Positions 25,481-39,600 of a DNA stretch of 60,000 nucleotides are shown piece after piece. This stretch comes from Botryllus schlosseri (taxonomy: Eukaryota). Location of the stretch: contig CM119371.1 of assembly GCA_051294905.1 (NCBI GenBank), positions 17,424,001-17,484,000 on the forward strand, in the 5' to 3' direction. The notes beneath the pieces were generated by a model that had not been told where the DNA came from, searched no databases, and saw only the letters and a list, made by a program, of their open reading frames with translations. Each line of letters opens with the position of its first letter. Position 1 is the first letter of the stretch. Made by a program: the position numbers and the translations under genes.

Positions 25481-27477
25481 CAGTGCTTTTCAACCTTTTT
25501 GAGCTTCATTCGCACTTTTTTGTAAAATAAATTTCATTCGCACAAACTAACCGAATATTGATATACAAAAAGAAGAATAAAATACAACATTTATTTGCTC
25601 AGATGTGCAACAAATTGGCTACTATGTATCTTGAGCTATCAAGTGTCTCATGAACAATGCTACTATTTTCGCTCGTTTTGATTTCAGCTATTTCACTAAA
25701 ACCCTTTTACTAGTTAACTAGTGCTTGGATGGTCAGGTCTCAAAGCAGGGGTCACCAACACGCGGCCCGCAGGTCGCATGAGGTCCGTGATGTCATATTT
25801 CGCGGCCCGGGATCTGTTTTCAGAAGAACGCCCAGTACTGAAATTCATTTCTGTTTAAAAATATTGTCGACGTTGTTCAAAATGTGCTATTCTACCTTTA
25901 AAAACGCGAAACCCCCACCTTAAACGTGAAACCCCATCCTTTTGAAATGGCCCTTCGGACCCTAATACTCGGTTGCAATTCAATAAGTCGTATTATCAGT
26001 GTTGCGCGCGGCCAAATAACGAAACGCGTGATACCAATTAGCGAGATTCGTCATTGCGCCTTGCACTGCAAATGTAACGTGACACGAACGACACGATCTC
26101 CCGCTGAGATAATTGCGAAATCAGGTCATTTATTGCCGCGCACTCGGCAATCGTTGCTAGCCTGATTTATCGCGTCTCCAACAAGCCTAGTTCCGCTGGC
26201 TTGAATAATCGCATCTGCAATTGGCCGTGTGTGCACGATATCATCGCTGGTCTACACAATCGCATCTGCATTGGCTTAGTGCGCACGATATCATCGCTGG
26301 CCTGCACAATGGCATCTGCAATAGGCCTAGTATACGAAAGATATCGCTAGCCTAACTACCGCGTCTTGGGCCTACCATACTTTGGCCGGGGCTACGTAAG
26401 ACACATTGGTCAGCGCGCATATTTTATTGTTCGATGCCTTGATAATCGCGGATATTCAATTGTTCACGACAGATCAGGGAGTCGCTAATTAACAGCTCTT
26501 TCGGACTCGTCTACAAGCTTATCATACGCGTATAATCGTCAACACGAGGATGTTATATAATCGTTATTTACGCAGCTCTACCGGTAAAACTCATTACGTG
26601 AGCAGAGAGGACAAGACATTGATAGCAATATATATGCAATTCCCGATATTATTGACCGATTTTATCATTAATTATCGAAAATTTTGCTTTCTCACTGAAG
26701 TTCGGTTTATCACCATATGGGGGCCCAGGACCAACGTTTTGGGCGGCTGACGAAGTGCTGTTACGGCCCTGTATATTACTAAATTCGGTAAAAATCGAAC
26801 CCGTCCTTTTTTGGAACCACCCTCCCATTTTTTCGGCTGGCTACGCCGAGCAGACAGATAGTCCTGGCACCGTGTCGACCCAAAATTATACCCTTTGCGG
26901 TCTATACTTTAATAACCCCTGAAAGGGTAAAATTTGCGTTACTGTAACTTGTAAATGGCAGTCTGTAATGATAGTATTTACTACTGTCCTCGTGCCTAGT
27001 ACTAATCGAACAGGTATTACGGAATTATTGATGATTGTTTATCGAAAGTAAGCAGAAAGTGAATTTAACGTCATTTTCCCAGCCTCTGACGGGCTGCTAT
27101 ATGTCTGTTACTACACCAGCTTCCAAACCAGGGTTTTGGTTACTTAATAATTATAGTGCGAAAATATCAATTCACTACGGCTTGTGAGAGCTACGACTAG
27201 TGGTGCGTCGTAAGTTAAACAAGTTTTTACAATTGCGTCGCAACAACTAAAGTTACACTGCCATTGAATTTCGTATTATGTTTATTTGAAAAGCAATTAC
27301 TATTCACGATTTTCATTCGCACTCATCCGGGATTTTCATTCGCACCGTTCGCACCACCTTCGTCATTCGCACTCATCCGGGATTTTCATTCGCACCGTTC
27401 GCACCATGTTCGTCATTCGCACTGCAAATTTTTTCATTCGCACAAGTGCGAACCGTCACACAGGTTGAAGAGCACTG
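25481..27477. mobile_element. 2-kb composite non-autonomous hAT element
   Basis: TIR cagtgcttttcaacc..ggttgaagagcactg; perfect TSD atatagat; ttcattcgcac subterminal repeats; nested fragments inside. Confidence 0.88.
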
Positions 27478-27776
27478 ATATAGATGATTGCACTGTCGAT
27501 GAACTTATCATTTTACAACTTACATCTTGTAGCCTACTTTATAGTCTACCGTTGTAGACGGACCATCGTCTGCTCAATGTGAATCATAAACTGTCAAATA
27601 AAACAAATGCTCAACGTAGCCCACTGCACTATCCTAACTGAAGCGAGACTGCATGGGCATTGGTTCTTCTATTAGAAACCGTATGATGAAAAATTGCGAT
27701 GTAGACAACTTTGTCATAATGAGAGAGTAAGAGAGAGAGAGAGTGCAGTGTACGCACAACTTCAGTGTTGCCGGCC

Positions 27777-28525
27777 AACAACTGCCGCTGGTGAACGTTC
27801 TTTCTTCATTCTTACCAAGCTACTTAGTTGGGACAGACACTTTATACCCGAAAATGTAGGAAAGTATCTTTCGTTGTACTACAACAAAGTTTTAATAATT
27901 TCTGCCATAATACAAGATGTAACTAATACTAGAATTCTCCACGGGTCCAGATTTCGATAAAATAAGGTTTTTTTCATGTAAAAATTTGTCAGTTTTCATG
28001 CTAAAAGATTTTTTCAGGTCTACTACTTCGGAAGAACAGACAGCTCCATCCAGAAATAAAGATAAGTACCGGTAATACAATTCTAACATTATGTGAGAAA
28101 CACCTAATTTAAGTACATGGGGTCAAAATAAAGTTTTTCATCATCAGAATAACAACTGCAGCTGGTGAACGTTCTTTATTCATTCTTGCCAAGCTAGTTA
28201 GTTGGGACAGACACTTTATACCCGAAAATGTAGGAAAGTATCTTTCGTTGGACTACAACAAAGTTTTAATTATTTCTACCATAATACGAGATGTAACTAA
28301 TACTGGAATTGGAAGTGGAATATCGAACCAGATTTCGATAAAATAGGGATTTTTCATGTAAAAATTTGTCAGTTTTCATGCTAAAAGATTTTTTCAGGTC
28401 AATCTACTTCGGAAGAACAGACAGCTCCAGCCAGAAATTAAGATAAGTACCGGTAGTACAATTCTAACATTGTGTGAGAAATCCCTAATTTAAGTACACG
28501 CGGTTAAAATTAAGTTTTTCATCGT
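27777..28525. repeat. Direct tandem duplication, 2 x about 374 bp
   Basis: Units begin aacaactgc(c/a)gctggtgaacgttcttt at 27777 and 28151 and align nearly throughout. Confidence 0.9.
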
Positions 28526-28724
28526 CAAAATATGTGTGAACTTGGATTTTTTAGTCGAAATCTTCCCTTTTTAGGTCCAAAATATCGCCCTAATAATAGC
28601 ACAGCCAAACAAATAATCTTTTCAACAAACCATGGATCACAGGGGGTAGTATTTGTTTTTCCCAATCCCCAAGTTTGACTTTTCTGAGTTTATTATGATA
28701 CGATAACTGAAGTAAACTCCATTT

Positions 28725-30775
28725 CGCAGGTAGTATGTATTGAAATTGGCACCTTTTTGAAATGCATTTGCTGTATGGATTACTGGTAAGCATCTCAGTG
28801 TTTTGTAAGTGAACTGGTATAGATCCTTAGAGAATGAATTTGATTCTGTTGCATTCGGTTATCTTCGTGATAAAGATTTTTATGAAGGTTTGTTGATAAA
28901 ATTTCACTAAAATTGTTAACAATCCGGGAAGTATACTACCTGTGCCAGAGTAAAATTGGTGGTAACGTCATGTGCAACTTTCCATTCCATTACTTAATTA
29001 TTCTTTAAAAGACACCCTTCTGTCATGCACAACTTATTGCAGAAAACAACAACTGTATCCAGTATAATATCTGCGTGATTACTGAGTAGTTCATTTGTAT
29101 TGCGAATTTTTGCAACAAATATTTTCTTTTCAATAGTCTTGGATTGATCCTCAAATTCGTCCAACTGATGTCGACTCTTTGAAAAGAGCCCCCTCGGTGT
29201 ACCGTGCCTGCGCTATCAGACAATCTTGACAGTGACTTGAGGAGTCGTTCGTAACGGGTTTTGTGCCGGCACAGTCACCTTATGCGATACAGACCTTTGT
29301 CTCAAGAACCCATGGATACCTGTGATTATGTAAGCCTATTTATTCATTTTATATATCACCATTGATTGTGTAATTTTGCTGGTTTTTGCAGTCCTACTTT
29401 TCTCACGAACTATCTCGCAGAGTAGCTTACGGACTATTCGATATGAGTTGAAAAAGGCTTCATATGTGTACACTGTACAGTGTACACTCAACTGTGTACA
29501 CTGAACAGAGATGTAGTTGAACGTAATGAGCTCGTGTAACTTGTACTTTAACTATTGCTTACTGAACTATAATGCGCTAGGTCAGTGGTTCTCAACCTGG
29601 GGGGGCTGAGCACCTCTCCTGCGCTTCTGTAACCCACCTGCGTGAAATATATATATTTACTTCTGCATAAAATTTACAATTTTCCTTTGGTATTTATTGT
29701 ATTTTCTTGGAGCAGCATTTGGATTTGACCTGTAAAAAAGAGCCGCCATGGCACGCCACGAATCAGAGACTCATCAAGCCTGGGCTGCGGCTGATGGAAA
29801 GAATATGAAAAATGCCCTAATGTGCAGGTAGTATGTATTGCAATTGGCACCTTTTTGAAATGCATTTGTTTAAAATACTGGTAAACATCGCAGTTTTTCG
29901 TAAGTAAACTGGTATACCCTTAGATAATGAATTTGATTCTGCTGCATTAGGTTATTTTTATTAATGTTTGCTGGTAAAATTTCACTAAAATGATTAACAA
30001 TCCAGGAAAGTATGCTACTCGTGCTGGAGTAAAATTGGTGGTAAGGTCACATGTAACTTTCCTTTACAATAATTAATTGTTCTATAAAAGACACCCTTTT
30101 GTCACATACAATTGTATCCAGTCTGATATCTGTGTGTATACTGAATGCTGGTGACGTCATATTTTGTGATACGATTGTTGATCTACAACGTTCTTTTGAG
30201 TTCTTCACTAGTTGCTGACGATTACCTCTGACGAGTCTCAGCCGAAGATATTCGTGCTCATTTCAATATGCATATACTATTTAATTTTATATTGAAGTTT
30301 TGTACCTCGAAGAAGCTGTTCGAATATTGAATAGTTCCTTTGTATCGCAAATTTTTAAAACAAGTATTTTCTTTTCAACAGTCTTGGATTGATCCTCAAA
30401 TTCATCCAACTGATGTCGACTCTTCGAAAAGTCACCCTGGTTCTACCGTGCCTGTGCTAACAGACAATGTTAATAGTGACGTGAGGAATCATCTGAACGG
30501 ATTTTGTGCCAGTGCAGTCATCTTTTGCGATACATACTTTTGCCTCAAGAACCCATGTGATTATGTAAGTCTATTTATTAATTTCATATATCACCATTGA
30601 TTATGTAATGTGCTGGTATTTGCAGTCCTAATTTTATCAAAAACTATCTATATATGCGATATGAGCTGAAGAAAGGCTTGATCTGTGTACATTGAACAGA
30701 GGTGTTGTTGAATGTAAAGAGCTGGTGTAATTTGTATTTAAACTATTGCTTACTGAACTATACTTGGACTAGGTG
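28725..30775. repeat. Diverged direct duplication (about 28725-29580 vs about 29822-30772)
   Basis: Shared gcaggtagtatgtattg.aattggcacctttttgaaatgcatttg through actattgcttactgaactata; 29627-29815 recurs at about 31450-31660. Confidence 0.8.
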
Positions 30776-33021
30776 AACATCAAATTGAGATCATTTCCCA
30801 TATTGTGCTAATTCCAATTAATTTCGTTAGTTAAATTTAATCAGGAAGGAAAGATTTTGGAAGATTGAGAACAGTTACAATTAGTGCAATCAAGGAAAAG
30901 TATTCAACACTTTCGATAAGATGTCACAGAGTTTTTGTACTAAAGACAATCAACGTGTACTTTGTCTGATATATTTTCTCATCTCAATTCAAAGCAGCTA
31001 TAAATTCTTAGAAACAAAGTTACATGTAAAGCCTTCCGTATGTCAATTATTATAATGGAAATCCGAACCCATAGAAATAACCTACTATATTTATTGTCGG
31101 ATCTTGTTTGCAATCAATTACATTTTCAGCAAAACGAGGTTGATGAAGTCAACTTTCTTCTTCTCCAAGCCAAATTGAGAGACTAACGAATATAATCCAA
31201 GACCCCAGCGCATGTCTTATTGAAGCAGGTACCGTAATCTTTCTGTTTTGTGGAACATACAAATTTACATAGACCTGCGACGTTCTGCTTCATTTCATTC
31301 TGAGTTACAGTTCTGCATTCTCACTGTTGTCTGTGCGTCTGAATGTCAATGTAAATGTCAAAATGGCCGAATTGAAAAAAACGCGGACCTTATTCAAGAT
31401 ATTTTTATTAGTCGTTATGCTAATTTTAGTCCTTCTCAGTGATAGGATTTCCTGCGCCTGTGTAACCTGCATGTGTGAAATATTTATAATTATTTCTGCA
31501 TAAAATTTAGAATTTTCATTGACATATTCAAAACATTGGAATTTAATCACACTTTCAAGGAGCGCAACTTGGAGTCGACCAAAGAAACAAACACCATGGC
31601 ACGCCACGAATCAGAGATTGACCGAGCTTGGATTACAGCTGATGGCAAGAATATAAAACTGCTTCAGTGAAAATGGAGTATTCAGAGACATTGTTGACGT
31701 TTTGAGCTGCTATGCATTGGATTGTCATACCCTAAAGGAGTGGGTCTCAAACAGGAGAAAGCATTTGAAGGGGTGTGAAGCCGCTGTCAACTAAAATCTT
31801 TTTCAGACATGGCAGCTTGTAGTTATTTCTCTGTGTATGGTCAGAATTTAATATTTGAATATTCTCTTATCAACAATCATTACCGTCACTGCCATCCAAC
31901 TATCCATCCGTTGGGATTTCTAGCGTTCTGGTTGCTTTTTTAAATTTTATGATACGACGATAAGGGGTGGGTGAATTTTTTTACTATCATAAGGGGGCGT
32001 GTCCAAAAATGTTTAAGAACCACTGTCCTAATGACTTCCAGATTTCATATATTGCAGCAGACTGGTAAATAACAACAAAATCTTTTCTGTAAATCTGCAA
32101 AATTTGTATGGACTCAAAGAAACGATTTCTTTGCTATTTAAACAAAAGTGATTGGCATTAACTGGATATAAATACTTGTAATGCAAGCCCTAGAATATTT
32201 TGATGCCTGGTTAGCAGGCCTAATTTCATTTTAAGATTAAAAAAATACTTATGGTTGTTTATCGTGGTAGTGGTACTGATACATTCGTTGTTTGTTTGCT
32301 TGTTTATAATCAAATTAGAAATTTACAAGCCATAATTTGATCAGTTTTAAATAAGTTGTAATGATTTGTGTTGATCATGTTTTCTGCTAACGGACGTAAC
32401 CAATGAATTTGATTCCATGCCCCTGTCACGAAAGTTTAAGATACTAAATGATATTTTGTTTTCACTATCCCTATGCATTCATTTTCATGATTGAGCGTGT
32501 TGCATGATATTTGTAGTGAGTTTGCTCTTAATCATTTGTGATGTTCGTGATTTCATGGACTATTCCGGACACGGTTTCAACTGCTGATCTGAATTTATGA
32601 AACCCTGTCACAGCAGCTATTGGAAATTTCAATGTTTGCACGTATTTAATCACCCAGGTTGGGTATTATAAGAGTCATTTATTCATGAATCAATAAAATC
32701 TGATTTTATTTTGAGCCCTGCGTTCCGGTGACTAGTCAACCAGCCACTTTGAGACTGAACACTTTTTAGGTAAACACTTTTAATTTAAACACTTCGCAAC
32801 ACTTCTAGGCGTTCAATTTTTGGATCACGTTTCGTGTTCAATTTTCCGGGTTGAGCAACACTTCAAAACTTAGAGTGTATCTTCAGATGTTATATTATAG
32901 ATAGGTCTTGCGCTGTCAGATCATCATGTGTCTCTCTCGATACATAGAAACCGTGTTTACCGCATATACGGCACTGCTTGCGGAGTTAGGAAATGTAATA
33001 CAAATATATTCAAACTGATGT

Positions 33022-33149
33022 CTTACAAAAAGCCTTGAGGTGGGCCGTGCTATAAGTCGGCAGTTACGGAAAACAATGAAGAATATAGGCCTGGTGTAAA
33101 TGACCATAGAAGTCGACAAACACCATGAATACCACAAAACAAACAAACA
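33022..33149 (+). mobile_element. 5'-truncated SINE family A copy with 25-bp flanking direct repeat
   Basis: Tail ggcctggtgtaaatgaccatagaagtcgacaaacaccatgaatacc(caaa)n; aatacaaatatattcaaactgatgt at 32997-33021 and 33150-33174. Confidence 0.8.
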
Positions 33150-33631
33150 AATACAAATATATTCAAACTGATGTTACTTCCATCTTCCACAAAATGAAAA
33201 TAAAATGTTATTATATACAATGTTTGTTACCATCTATCGAAACTATCGGATTGTACACATAGGAAATAGTAATTATAAGTCTAGTGATGATCGAACAATC
33301 CGTCATTTCGGTATATAGACGAAGAAGCGGGACATATACGGGAATGCGGTTTCGGGTGATTCGCAATGTGGTATCATATGGATTGAAGATGTGCGTTTTC
33401 AGAGGATTGTGTACACTCCAGAAAGAGAGTGGGACCGCCAAGTCATTTTAGAAATTGTGACTGCAAGGTAAACACTGATCGACAATGATGTCAGAAATCT
33501 CCTTCGCATATCTGCACTATTCAGTTGAAGGATTCTCATCATTAGACCTGACGTATGACATGACACCATACCTTTAAACGAAATGAAATTGAACCTTGAA
33601 ATTTAGAAAACCGTAACAAATAACGCATACT

Positions 33632-36600
33632 ATGAATCCAACGATGCGATTTATTTCTGGAATTTTAATATTTGCAAATTCCATTATCACGTTACCCTAC
33701 GATGGCAATCGATTTCCAACAACTGAAGAAATGATGGAAAGACTTTCTGACTTGGAATATCGGCTCAGTTTGAAAATGCTACAACAGCTTGGTAAGCATA
33801 TGCATGAGCAAGAATATGTAGGCATGCGACGCTAATCTAAAATACTGTAACAATCAACTGAGTGGCTCTAGACACGGGTGCAACGGCAACCTATATTCCA
33901 ATTCAGAATGCTCCAGGAGTCGCGAGATTATGAGGTATTGTCATTACTTTGTTTATCTTGAACCCTCTGGTAGCAGATTTCATGTGTCTGAAATCTGGCG
34001 AGGTTGGCGTTCACGATTGCAAAGAAGTCGACTACTGGCGAAGCCGCGCATTTGTCAATATGGATACAAACTGAGCTCTGACTGGATACAATGCTGTGGC
34101 ACAGTAGACACCGCGTTGTTCCGTGGCGTTGCGATTATCCCAAAAATGACGATTTTCATAATCAAATGCGATTATTAAGGGTGTAGTAGGTGATCTTTTA
34201 GGAATAATATTGACATTTTCGGAATGTAAACGACAGTGGCTTTCAAATGAACATTATTTATAATATAATTTTAGTATAAATTATAAGGTATTTTCAGTTC
34301 GAATCATCGGGCTGCAGCAACAAGCCTGCTACATCTTTGTTCCCGTAAATATACTAAACAATCGTTTGTCCTTAACAGAGATTCGACGTGGATGATTTAT
34401 AGACATTTGCCCGATATTCCGATATGCAATCACCATCTGACGTATATCAGGCCTATTCGTGATCAATTGTCAATTCAGAGGCCCTGCTCGACTCGTAGCT
34501 GAAACGCCGCGCATTAAATGCAATTTTGACTGTAATAATGTTCTTGATTAGTCATTCACAAATACCGTTGGAGAAACATATTCATGCCTTTTTTGGCATC
34601 CGCATCACTCCTATATATTGTAAATCACGAGATCATATCCTGCTACCTCCCTTCCCCCTGATAAAACGGTCTTATGCTAAATGAGTTTCAGAGCGTATGC
34701 GGTTTACCCTATCGCGTTCATGAGCCGTTACAGACTCGTTCATAGAGTGGGCAGTAGGCTACAAGTAAGAATTCCGCGCTGAAATTTTATTTTGTAGAAA
34801 TAGGCATCAAAGCAGATCGGGGCAAAGTGCGGTCCGCGGGCCAAATGCGGCCCGAGGAGCTATTCTGAGCGACCCGCGTGCCCGTTGCCTGGAATTAAAA
34901 ATAGAAACCCAACTTTTATATATTGCTGCGAGCAATAAAACCATAGGCTGTATAAACTGAACCGGAATGGATAATGGTTTATTTTGAAGCCTGTTCATTA
35001 TTATGTCGCGATTACGCAGCCTACGTCCCTCGCAGGCTCGCATGCGCAATCTGGATTTAAAATAACGCCAATGTAGCAACGTATGACGTAACTAAAGTCA
35101 CTCTCTCGATATAGTAAGCTCAAACCTTCTTTGCTGCCATTGTCATATATTGCATCACACGTTCTGTGCTTCAAATCGATTTGTTATAGGCTAGGTTTCC
35201 AAGTAGGCCTACCTATTTCATAAAACAAGTCGTTAAGTGATCGTTTTTACTATGAGACATCATCATCCATAAAGAATGAAAGGCATGTCGAAAAAAGAAA
35301 TCCGAAGGCTGAAATTCGAATGCGGTATGGTGCGCTAAACATAGGGCCCTGACTGGCGCACCCCAAATCCACCCAATTGGAGGGAGCTCGAGCTCGAAGG
35401 ATCCCCAAATTATTACCTAAATGAACATAAATTATAAGCATTTTTTAAGATATTTATATAACTTCATTCAAATTTTCTTCGCGTTTCGCGCAATTTATCG
35501 TGACTAGTTGTCTTGATATTGATATGGGTACCCCTTTCTCTGACAAAATATTAATAAAAATTTATAGAGATCATCATTTCGGCGTCGGCCGTTACCGGGT
35601 CACGACCCACCAAGACGTTGACAATGACGTTTCTGCTAACATGCGACTCTGCGAAGTGTGCTGCCTAAAAGCTCCTATCTTTTCATTGTATCGCAGTTTT
35701 GTGGTGTTCGGAAATGATGAAAATAATAATAAACTGATACTGACACTGCTCGGCGGAGAGGAAACCTTGACGAAAAGTACCGTCTCATGTTGGCCGAAAC
35801 CGACATTGATATGGATTTCGATTTCACCAAGCCGCAACTGTTCAGAAGGCAGCCATCAATACCATAAACTTTATAGTATCCCAAATACCTCTTAATTTCC
35901 TAATATAAAAACGTGGATTCACGAGAATTTGAAATGTATCATGTTACACATTGTTTCGAATTAAGACGGAACATAAATATCTTTTTTTTTTTGGAAAATT
36001 TCCTATTATCTAATATTAATGAATCCACCTAGCAGCATTTAAGGCCCTAAGATGCAGCTGGAATCACAAAATTTTCCAAATTTTTTTTATTGCAGAATCT
36101 TGAAGTATGAAACTAGTTCTTTTCAAAAATGTATTGCTCTTGTCTGATTTCGAATTAGAAGTATGTTGAAATACGATTTCAAATCCCCCATTTTCGTAGA
36201 AATTCACCCCCCATACTCTTTCATTCATTTAAACTCACTCAAAATTGTCTATAAGCATTCTGCCAAGCTGATTTTATACAATAAATAGAAGAGCCATATG
36301 TCTAATCGATGAAGCGTGACTTTCAAAACATTCAGCAGCCCAGCAGCAGCCGATCGCTTACCTGGGAAGAGCTGAAAGCTGTTGATATTATGAGCGTTGT
36401 TTATCGTATTGTATATTTTTCAAGATTGCATTGGTATATTGTTAATAGCTATTAGCTAATCGCTTAATTGACGATTAGGACAAAGACATACACTACGAAG
36501 TCATTTGGCATAGGGAAAGATAAAACCGTGGTAGAAAAGAACCAGTGGTTCCTGAGCAGGAGCTGAACAATCGAAGAAATCTTTTGAAAAAGATTGGAGC

Positions 36601-39600
36601 TTTCACCGCCTTCAACATCTGATAATGATGGTTCGGATTCGGCGGAATCGTTTTTCCTCGCAATTTCTACATTTTTGATGCAGTTGTTCTCAACACTGTG
36701 AATTACCTGACTGTGGCTCATCCGGCAAAGGATATTGGAACTGCACAGGCTATGCATAAGGGTCATGCAACTCAAATTGGTGTCGCAGTGTTATGATGAA
36801 ATTGATGCTAAAATTGTATGTTTGAAAGATGTTGGGGGGGGGGGGGGAAATATGCGTGTAGTATCTTGACTCATACCAACCAAAATGGGTATTTCGACAA
36901 TGTCACAATATTCTTGACATGTTGTTCCGTTTTCAAAACATCTAACTCATGTTTAGTTCAAGGTTTGCAAATTTTTCGAATATGGTATAGCAGTTTTGAG
37001 AAAAAATCATCAAATCAATCATACTTTATACGACTTATTTTGCATTTAGGCACATTCAATTGTCTTCAAATTTGGCTATATACTGAATAAAGCATGCCTG
37101 CACCATTTAAAAGCAACAAATTTCAAATACCTGCTTTACTTTTTCACCAAAATATTTTTCAATTTTCAAAGTTGATTTTCTCCCATTTCTAGTTTTTGGT
37201 AATATGATGTCGCGGGGACACGAAATTTTGATATCAGGTGACCTTCAATCCTGATCAAACTTTGCTCAGTACTAGCAATAAGACTGTTCTACCTGGTGAA
37301 CTTATTGTTTTTGCTATAGGAGTTTAGGTGTACTTACTATGTTACTGATGATCTGAATTTTGTGAAAAATATTAGAAAATTCGGCACCGTACTGATATCA
37401 AACAAATATTTTGGTAATTTTTTCGAAAATTCGTTAGTTTCAAGCAGTTCACCAGGTGGTTAGAGACCTCAGAACACTTTATGAAGCCTTGGTTAGAATC
37501 TCTCAGCATCCATTGATGAGACAGGCGTTTCTCCGTACTAACCGTCCGATTCACCAATCTCCCCCCCAATTTGGGCCCAAGGAATTACTGTGAAATGCTG
37601 AAATTTATACCGTACATGAAGTTAGGTATGAATAGCTTACACACCAATTTTTGAGAATCTAGGATTGACTGTTCATAAAATATCGCAATTTGAAAATTTT
37701 GCGAGTCTAGCTGCACCTTAGGGCCTTAATAACAAGATAATTCACTGCTTTCCATTCAGAAATAAAATTATTACGCTGGAGAATATAGCTAAACATTTTG
37801 ACCCTGCCCATCAGCGTATTTTCTGTTTCTCATCTGGCCATTTTCTTCCAACAAAATATATATATATATATGGTTATCGGCCTGTGCTGTATACTTATTG
37901 GGCGCAATTTTATCTCTCTATCTCTATTAAGGGCCTCTGATAAGGTGTCGAGGTCGTCAGGGCGGTTGAGAACCACAGTCATGACTTACAGCATATATAT
38001 ATAGAAATGTTATTCACTACATTAGCAGCTGTCCAGGAAATGAAGTTCCAATAACTTGATGATTTTGTCTTCAGATAAGTGTGCGGTTGAATGGAATGGC
38101 ATCTGTTACTTTGCCTTATTCTATCATCCCGGAAAAATAAATCGAGAGGCTGCAAGATTAGCGTGCGAAAAACGAGGCGCAGAGCTTGGCAACATATACG
38201 CAGAGAAGCAATACCACGATATTATGGAATATCTGAGACCATATATCTCTGCCAGGCTTGATGAAGGAACAGCCTTTGGTGTGAGGACCGGAATGAGATG
38301 CGATCCCAAGGTTACCAATATTTAAATTTCACCACACACTCATAGAGAAACGAGTGTGTACGTCCACTCGTCTACCACCCCTGATATACGGGTGTGAATA
38401 TACACCCATGGCACAAGAAACCTGAACCTACCTCATACTTATGCTGTAGCATGAATCGAGTACAACATTTTAAATAAAATTACGCCTCGGAACGTAGGAA
38501 GGTAAGCACGTAGGCACTAATAGAGTTTTATGACAGCGGTATAATTCTGAGTTTGGGTGTGTGTGTGTACGTACGCGAATACGCGAGATAGCGTAGTGGT
38601 ATGATCCACAGCTGCAACACCAATGGATTATGATTTCGAGTCCGATCGATGTCGACTCCATAACTCCTGCTTAAGCGTTGGAGGTTTATCCAGGCTCCGC
38701 GTAAGCGGTGTCTCATAAAAAGACTAAAAGTTGGCCGCGATACACGTCGGTAAATAGGACTACGGAATAAAAATATAAAGTATCGGCCTGGTGTAAGATG
38801 ACCAATGTTTTCGAAACACCATGAATATCGAACAAACAAAGACATTCTTTTCTCCAAGATCGTAGATATCTATACATACATGTTTTGCGCCGGAAAAGGA
38901 AAAAGATATCTATAATTATGAGCATTGGCAAATATTGCAAATAGGACGCTGTTCAAGGAAATTGAGCTAGATATTCAAACGAATCTTGAAAATAATCCGT
39001 GACTCGAGACATCGTATGAATCATTGAAAGCCTAAGGTTTCCATAGATGCAAATGGAGAGAGTTCAAGGATTAGAATGGACAGGTATCCGGAAAGTCTTT
39101 TGGGAATAGGATTACATGTAGACTTTCACTTATCAAACGTAACCAGATCGAGGTGGACACAGGATTTGAAATTGCCGATTCATAAATGTGAATTTTGAGT
39201 TGTCTGTAATTTAAATGTGCTCAGTTCGACCCCCACACAGTCGCATTTCTTCATTGAAGCACTCTTTCACTGATATCTCATGAAGTTTCATGTTTTTCAA
39301 TGTTCTTTTTTTTGTCACGTAGTCACGCAGGAAATTACTATCTATCACATAATCTTGTAGGTAGACTTACTGCTGATATGATAACAATGAATACGGAATA
39401 TACGACATATGAATATCGCAAATGTCCCCAGTCAACATAACGATATATTCAAGTCGAATATATTATATTATGGCGTTTGCGTCGGATAGCGGTATTCGCA
39501 TGGAACAACCACAAACGACTGCAGTAAAACATTTCCCACACAACAGTCACTAAGTTCAGTGGTTCTTAACCGGTGCTCTTCGGAACACTAAGGTTCCGCC

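Noticed and set aside
35500..35895. 131-aa ORF in intron 1 of copy 3
   Set aside because: No recognisable motif, overlapping antisense ORFs and a non-ATG start; probably decayed repeat.
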